Shown here: positions 40,771 to 44,998 of the stretch, piece by piece
How positions within the stretch are numbered: the first letter of the stretch is position 1
How the letters are laid out: each line of letters starts with the position of its first letter
Source: Thraustochytrium aureum
Lineage: Eukaryota
NCBI GenBank assembly: GCA_012862495.1
Contig: BLSG01000216.1
Coordinates: 477,455 to 522,452, forward strand
Direction: 5' to 3'
DNA length: 44,998 nt
Program-made: the position numbers and the translations under genes
Notes under the pieces: model-generated
What the model was told of the DNA's origin: nothing
Database searches by the model: none
What the model saw: only the letters and a program-made list of their open reading frames with translations

Positions 40771-43700
40771 AAGCAGGGGTCTGGGCGGAGCATCGCGCGT
40801 GGCGGGAATGACGACGAAGACGCAGACGAGCTTTGGGGGGTGCCGTCCGAGCGAGCTGCGAGCGGCAAAGGACTCGACCAGCACTCGCCGGGTTTTGCTG
40901 CTTCCCCAAACTACTCGGACGAGGACAATTTCGCGCCGAGCAAGGCTAGCCGCCCCACCTTCGGATTCAGCGACGACGAGGACGACGAGGACGACGACGA
41001 CGAGTACCGGTTTGCCTCTCTGACAGACACGCGGCCAAATAGCTCAGCAACGCAGCGTCCGATAGCTGAGCTGGACAACCTGTTTTCGCCGCCAGGCCAC
41101 AGCGGTGCCTCGACTAAGACGCCGCAGCGAGAGGAACAAGTGCCCCATCGCACCTTGCCGCGGACCACAAGCGCGCGCCTTAGCCCGCGCAGAGCTAGTG
41201 AGGACTTTGGCGCTGGTGCCGCAAGAATCACGGCGAGGCGGGCAAGCGAAATCCTGGTCTCCCCGACAAGCATGGAAAGCGAGGCCCGCGCCGGGGAAGG
41301 CACCTCTGGCGACGGGAAGGAGTTGGATATGCCGCGCTCGCGAGATATCCCCACAGAAGGTAACGACCTCTACGATGACGATTGGGACGACTCGGGTGGC
41401 GAGAGTGACGCGATGCACGAAGAGCACAAAGAGGACGCTGTCTCGCCGCAGCCACGAACGCCATCCCCGAAGACCCGCCCGCACAACAGTGACGCCAAGG
41501 GACTCGACAGCAAAGGCAAGCGGGGCATTTCGTTCGCTGCTGAGCCCGCCACAACGCCAGAGCCGGCTGGCCGATTGTCACGCGAGCCTCAGCGTCGCGA
41601 ATCAACGCCGGCGCAGCGCAAGCCCTTTCTTTTTCCCAACTCGGATGATTCGGATCAGGACGACGAAGGCGCATCCGACTCCCGCGTCGAAAACGTGCTT
41701 GGAGCGGCTGGGAATCCCGACGACGCGGGACGGGCAAAGGCCAGCGGGGCCGTCAACCCAAGGGCGCCTCCACAGCTGCCCAGGTCGGCGGGCTCGCACC
41801 GCGAGACGACCGCCGCCTCAGGGGATGATGACAGCTGGGGAGCTGACGACATGCTAGATGGCCTTATGCCCGATGGCAGCCCAAAACCTGGCGGGGAAGT
41901 GCAAGCACAGACTCGCACTGGGGGGGGGCCTGCCAGGGTCGAGGCGGGGCCGACCAAGACTGTCACACCGAATGACGCCAGCAGTCCACCGCGCGAGGAC
42001 GCGGGCGAGGAGGGAGAGGGAGGGTACAGCTTTAGCTTTGGGCGGCGCGGTGCCGCGCGCGGGGGCTCACGGCGCCAACCACTGTCGTCGACAATACGCA
42101 CTCTAGAGAAGCCGACGCCATCCTGGCTCGCGGACTCGAGCGATGAAGACGACGGCCCGCTGTTCGCGAATAGCAAACTTGCATCTGTGATGAGCAGAGC
42201 TCGAGGCGGATTAGCATCGTCGGAACGTGAGCCTAATGATGATGCAGCCACCGAGGACAAGCCGCCGAGCCCCACTATTGCGCAACCTCGTGCTCCCCTT
42301 TCTAACCCTGCGGCGGAGGCCGTGGCGGATAAGGGAGCTCCCAGCCCTCCAATCTCGTGGCGCCTCGTGAGGTTGCGGAGCCAGTCGCAGCAGCTACAAG
42401 CGTGGGCCTGGCGCGGTCGCCAGAACGTCGGACGAGGCGAAACTCCAGCGCCAGAGGCGCGAGTCCGCTGCCCGCTGAATCGGCATTGGGTGGTCTGGAT
42501 GGTGGTTTTTCGAAGGCGCTAGGGCAAGAGAGNNNNNNNNNNNNNNNNNNNNNNNNNNNNNNNNNNNNNNNNNNNNNNNNNNNNNNNNNNNNNNNNNNNN
42601 NNNNNNNNNNNNNNNNNNNNNNNNNNNNNNNNNNNNNNNNNNNNNNNNNNNNNNNNNNNNNNNNNNNNNNNNNNNNNNNNNNNNNNNNNNNNNNNNNNNN
42701 NNNNNNNNNNNNNNNNNNNNNNNNNNNNNNNNNNNNNNNNNNNNNNNNNNNNNNNNNNNNNNNNNNNNNNNNNNNNNNNNNNNNNNNNNNNNNNNNNNNN
42801 NNNNNNNNNNNNNNNNNNNNNNNNNNNNNNNNNNNNNNNNNNNNNNNNNNNNNNNNNNNNNNNNNNNNNNNNNNNNNNNNNNNNNNNNNNNNNNNNNNNN
42901 NNNNNNNNNNNNNNNNNNNNNNNNNNNNNNNNNNNNNNNNNNNNNNNNNNNNNNNNNNNNNNNNNNNNNNNNNNNNNNNNNNNNNNNNNNNNNNNNNNNN
43001 NNNNNNNNNNNNNNNNNNNNNNNNNNNNNNNNNNNNNNNNNNNNNNNNNNNNNNNNNNNNNNNNNNNNNNNNNNNNNNNNNNNNNNNNNNNNNNNNNNNN
43101 NNNNNNNNNNNNNNNNNNNNNNNNNNNNNNNNNNNNNNNNNNNNNNNNNNNNNNNNNNNNNGTGCGCTTGCAAGCCGCTGGAGCCGTTGCGGAGCGGGTT
43201 CGCGCAGAAGCAGAGGTTGCCGCTGGAGAGCTCCGGGCAAAAGTGCTCGAGCACGAGCGCGCCCTCGTCCTTGCCTTGGCTGACAAGGATGCTGCTGAAG
43301 GCAGGGCCTCGCGGGCAGAGAGCGAGCGGCAAAGGTGCGTGAGTGCGCTCGAGCGCGAGCACGAGGCAGCCATGGAAAAGCTACGGAGCGACATGGAGGT
43401 GTCGAGGTCGATCGGAGGGGTCGCCACGCAGGTGCAAAGCGCGGCGCAGTCGGTATGCGAGTTGCAAGCAGAACTTCGCGCCAGGCACGATGTGAGCGAA
43501 AAGGCGCGCGCATCACAGCTAGACTGTCGCGAGCGCCTTGTGAGCGAAATGGAGGGGAATGCGCGGATTCAGCTGGAGCGCGCCAGCGAAGAGTCGCGCA
43601 AGCTCGCCGCGTTGTACACCTCGCTCGAGTCGGCGCAGCTGATGGTGCGGCAACAGAACGAGGAGGACCGCGTCCGCCTCAAGGAGGAGCACGCCCGAAT

Positions 43701-44529
43701 GGAGTCGCTGCAGCTGACGCTCAAACTCGAGGCAGAGACGCTGCGCACTGACGCGATGGACGAGCGCGCGCGCCTCCGCGAGGAGCGGGCGTCGTGGGAA
43801 GCCGAAAAGCGGTCCTGGCAGATCCGTGTGCAGCAGCGGGAAGCCTCTCTCGAAGCGGAGCGGCGCTCGCTTGACCAGCAGAAAGCCGCGCTTGATGCCG
43901 AGCGGCGCGTCTCTCTCCAAGATGCGGAGACCAGCCTTGCGCGAATCAGGAGCGAGGAACAGCAAGTTCGCGAGGCGCGAGATGCGCAGGCTCGCGCGCG
44001 GCGCCTCTTGGAGGAGCAGGCCGCTCGACTCGCGGCGGACAAGGAGGCAGCTGACGCAGCCCGGCGCGCCAACGAAGACGAGGCGGCCCAGTTGGCCAAG
44101 GAGGCCGAGCGTGTGCAGGGCTTGCTCGCAGAGCTCAACTCGGCAGAGCGCAGCCGACACGAAGCGGAGCGGCTCGTCGGCAAGGCGGAGGCAGCGCACA
44201 AGACCTTGAGCCAGGAACGGGCGACCATGGAGCGGCGTCAGCGCGAGCTTCTCGACGAGCAGTGCAAGTACAACGATCTTCGTCTTCGTGTCGCCAAGGA
44301 GCGCGCCGATGTTTACAAGCAGCGCGCAGAGGCGCGGCGTGCGGCTGACGGGGCGCGCGCTCTTCAAAGGCGCGCAGCCGTGGAGCTCGTTAGTCTCGGG
44401 TGCCCCATGCCCGGCGAGGACGAGAACTCGTGCATGGGGGCCAACCAGCAGCGGGAAGGACCTAATCTTGCTTGGCTTGACGAAATGGTTGCCTCTGCAA
44501 GAGCGCTTTCGGCTCCGCCAAGGTGGTAG
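40771..44529 (+). CDS. FBF1: FBF1 (Fas-binding factor 1, centriole distal appendage)-like protein; 5' end in gap; frameshift at about 42350; gap at 42533-43161
   Basis: Long acidic/disordered N-half with D-rich/W/F motifs, reading open from the gap edge at 40771. Long C-terminal coiled coil whose SRSIGGVATQV...ELQAEL...RASQLDCRERL...EESRKL...EEDRVRLKEEHARMESLQ pattern parallels the remembered FBF1 C-terminal region. Ends TAG 44527-44529. Confidence 0.6.
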
Positions 44530-44580
44530 GGAGCGAGCTTCGCGGAGGTCGGCGCGCCGGCTCTTGGCAATGTCCATGCT

Positions 44581-44633
44581 GGGACTCGTGCGCGCGTGGG
44601 GCTCGTGCGTGCGTGGGACTCGTGCGTGGGACT
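44581..44633. repeat. Degenerate ~17-bp tandem repeat GGG(A/G)CTCGTGCG(T/C)GCGT x3
   Basis: Read directly, just downstream of the FBF1-like stop. Confidence 0.7.
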
Positions 44634-44998
44634 TGAAAAACGATGAAAAACGAATTGCAAGCATGTTCAGATGTTGTTTTGTTGCTGTTGATGATGCGAG
44701 GGCCTCCAGAACGACGGAGATCGGCAGAGGTGGGAGCAGGGCCCGAGGAAGTAAGGCGGCAAGACGCGAGCGAGCGAGCGGAGCCTGTGCTGGTCGGGGC
44801 GACCCCACACAGCGCCTGCCGCTGAGATGGGCTGCGGGGCAGGCGCGACCGTGTCGAGTTAGGTCGGGAGCACGCGCCGAGTGCTGCCCAGCGCCTGCAG
44901 CTGCCTCCTGGGTTGTCACAGACAAACGAGGACGAGAAGGCCCGCATCGCTCTAGGGAAATAGGCGGCGCACGCCGTTGGGGGCCTTGTTGAAGGTCT

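Noticed and set aside
6218..42350. Tiny introns or stop-codon reassignment explaining the breaks
   Set aside because: Conserved motifs rejoin by adding one base, with no GT..AG segment to remove. Long ORFs end normally at TAA, TAG and TGA with no in-frame stops in conserved domains.
5404..44529. Calling the frameshifted genes pseudogenes
   Set aside because: Catalytic and structural motifs are intact on both sides of each break, there are no scattered nonsense codons, and conserved genes such as RBM22 are affected. Indel errors explain this better.
43519..44925. 468-aa minus-strand ORF and other long antisense or overlapping ORFs (e.g. 8252-9346, 18064-19203, 21365-22420)
   Set aside because: Shadow ORFs of real GC-rich genes on the opposite strand, with no domain signal.

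Overview
This is GC-rich, gene-dense, almost intron-free eukaryotic nuclear DNA. Supporting evidence includes DMAP1, RBM22, a Slo/BK K+ channel, REEP/HVA22, centriole proteins and intron-containing Pol III tRNA genes. The style suggests a flagellated protist, possibly a labyrinthulomycete/thraustochytrid-like stramenopile, but this is inference only. Ten N-gaps (about 1534-1946, 4622-5024, 7347-7842, 15057-15312, 19869-20329, 22600-22609, 30013-30059, 35481-35645, 40484-40770, 42533-43161) cut several genes. At least 10 frame breaks, mostly single G/C losses, split otherwise intact genes and are most likely consensus errors. Gene order: GDPD(+), DMAP1(+), PAAT/C10orf88-like(-), MFS transporter(-), diacylglycerol kinase(+), 3x tRNA-Leu(AAG) with introns(-), type-I surface protein with six Cys-capped mini-LRR modules, PT stalk and SEA-like GSVIV site(-), alpha-2-macroglobulin/thioester protein with CFEQ(-), SDR(-), C2-C2-HVA22/REEP fusion(-), BK channel with His-rich tail(-), Moonraker-like(+), FHA/cNMP/CaaX protein(-), RBM22(+), SGNH/PC-esterase-like type-II membrane protein(+), FBF1-like(+). 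The best candidate for a novel system is the tandem thioester protein plus multi-LRR sheddable receptor locus, a possible protist innate-immunity or prey-tagging module. Other highlights are the BHB-forming tRNA introns, the C2-REEP fusion and the kinase-less FHA-cNMP-CaaX adaptor. All family calls come from motif recognition by eye; no database search was run.
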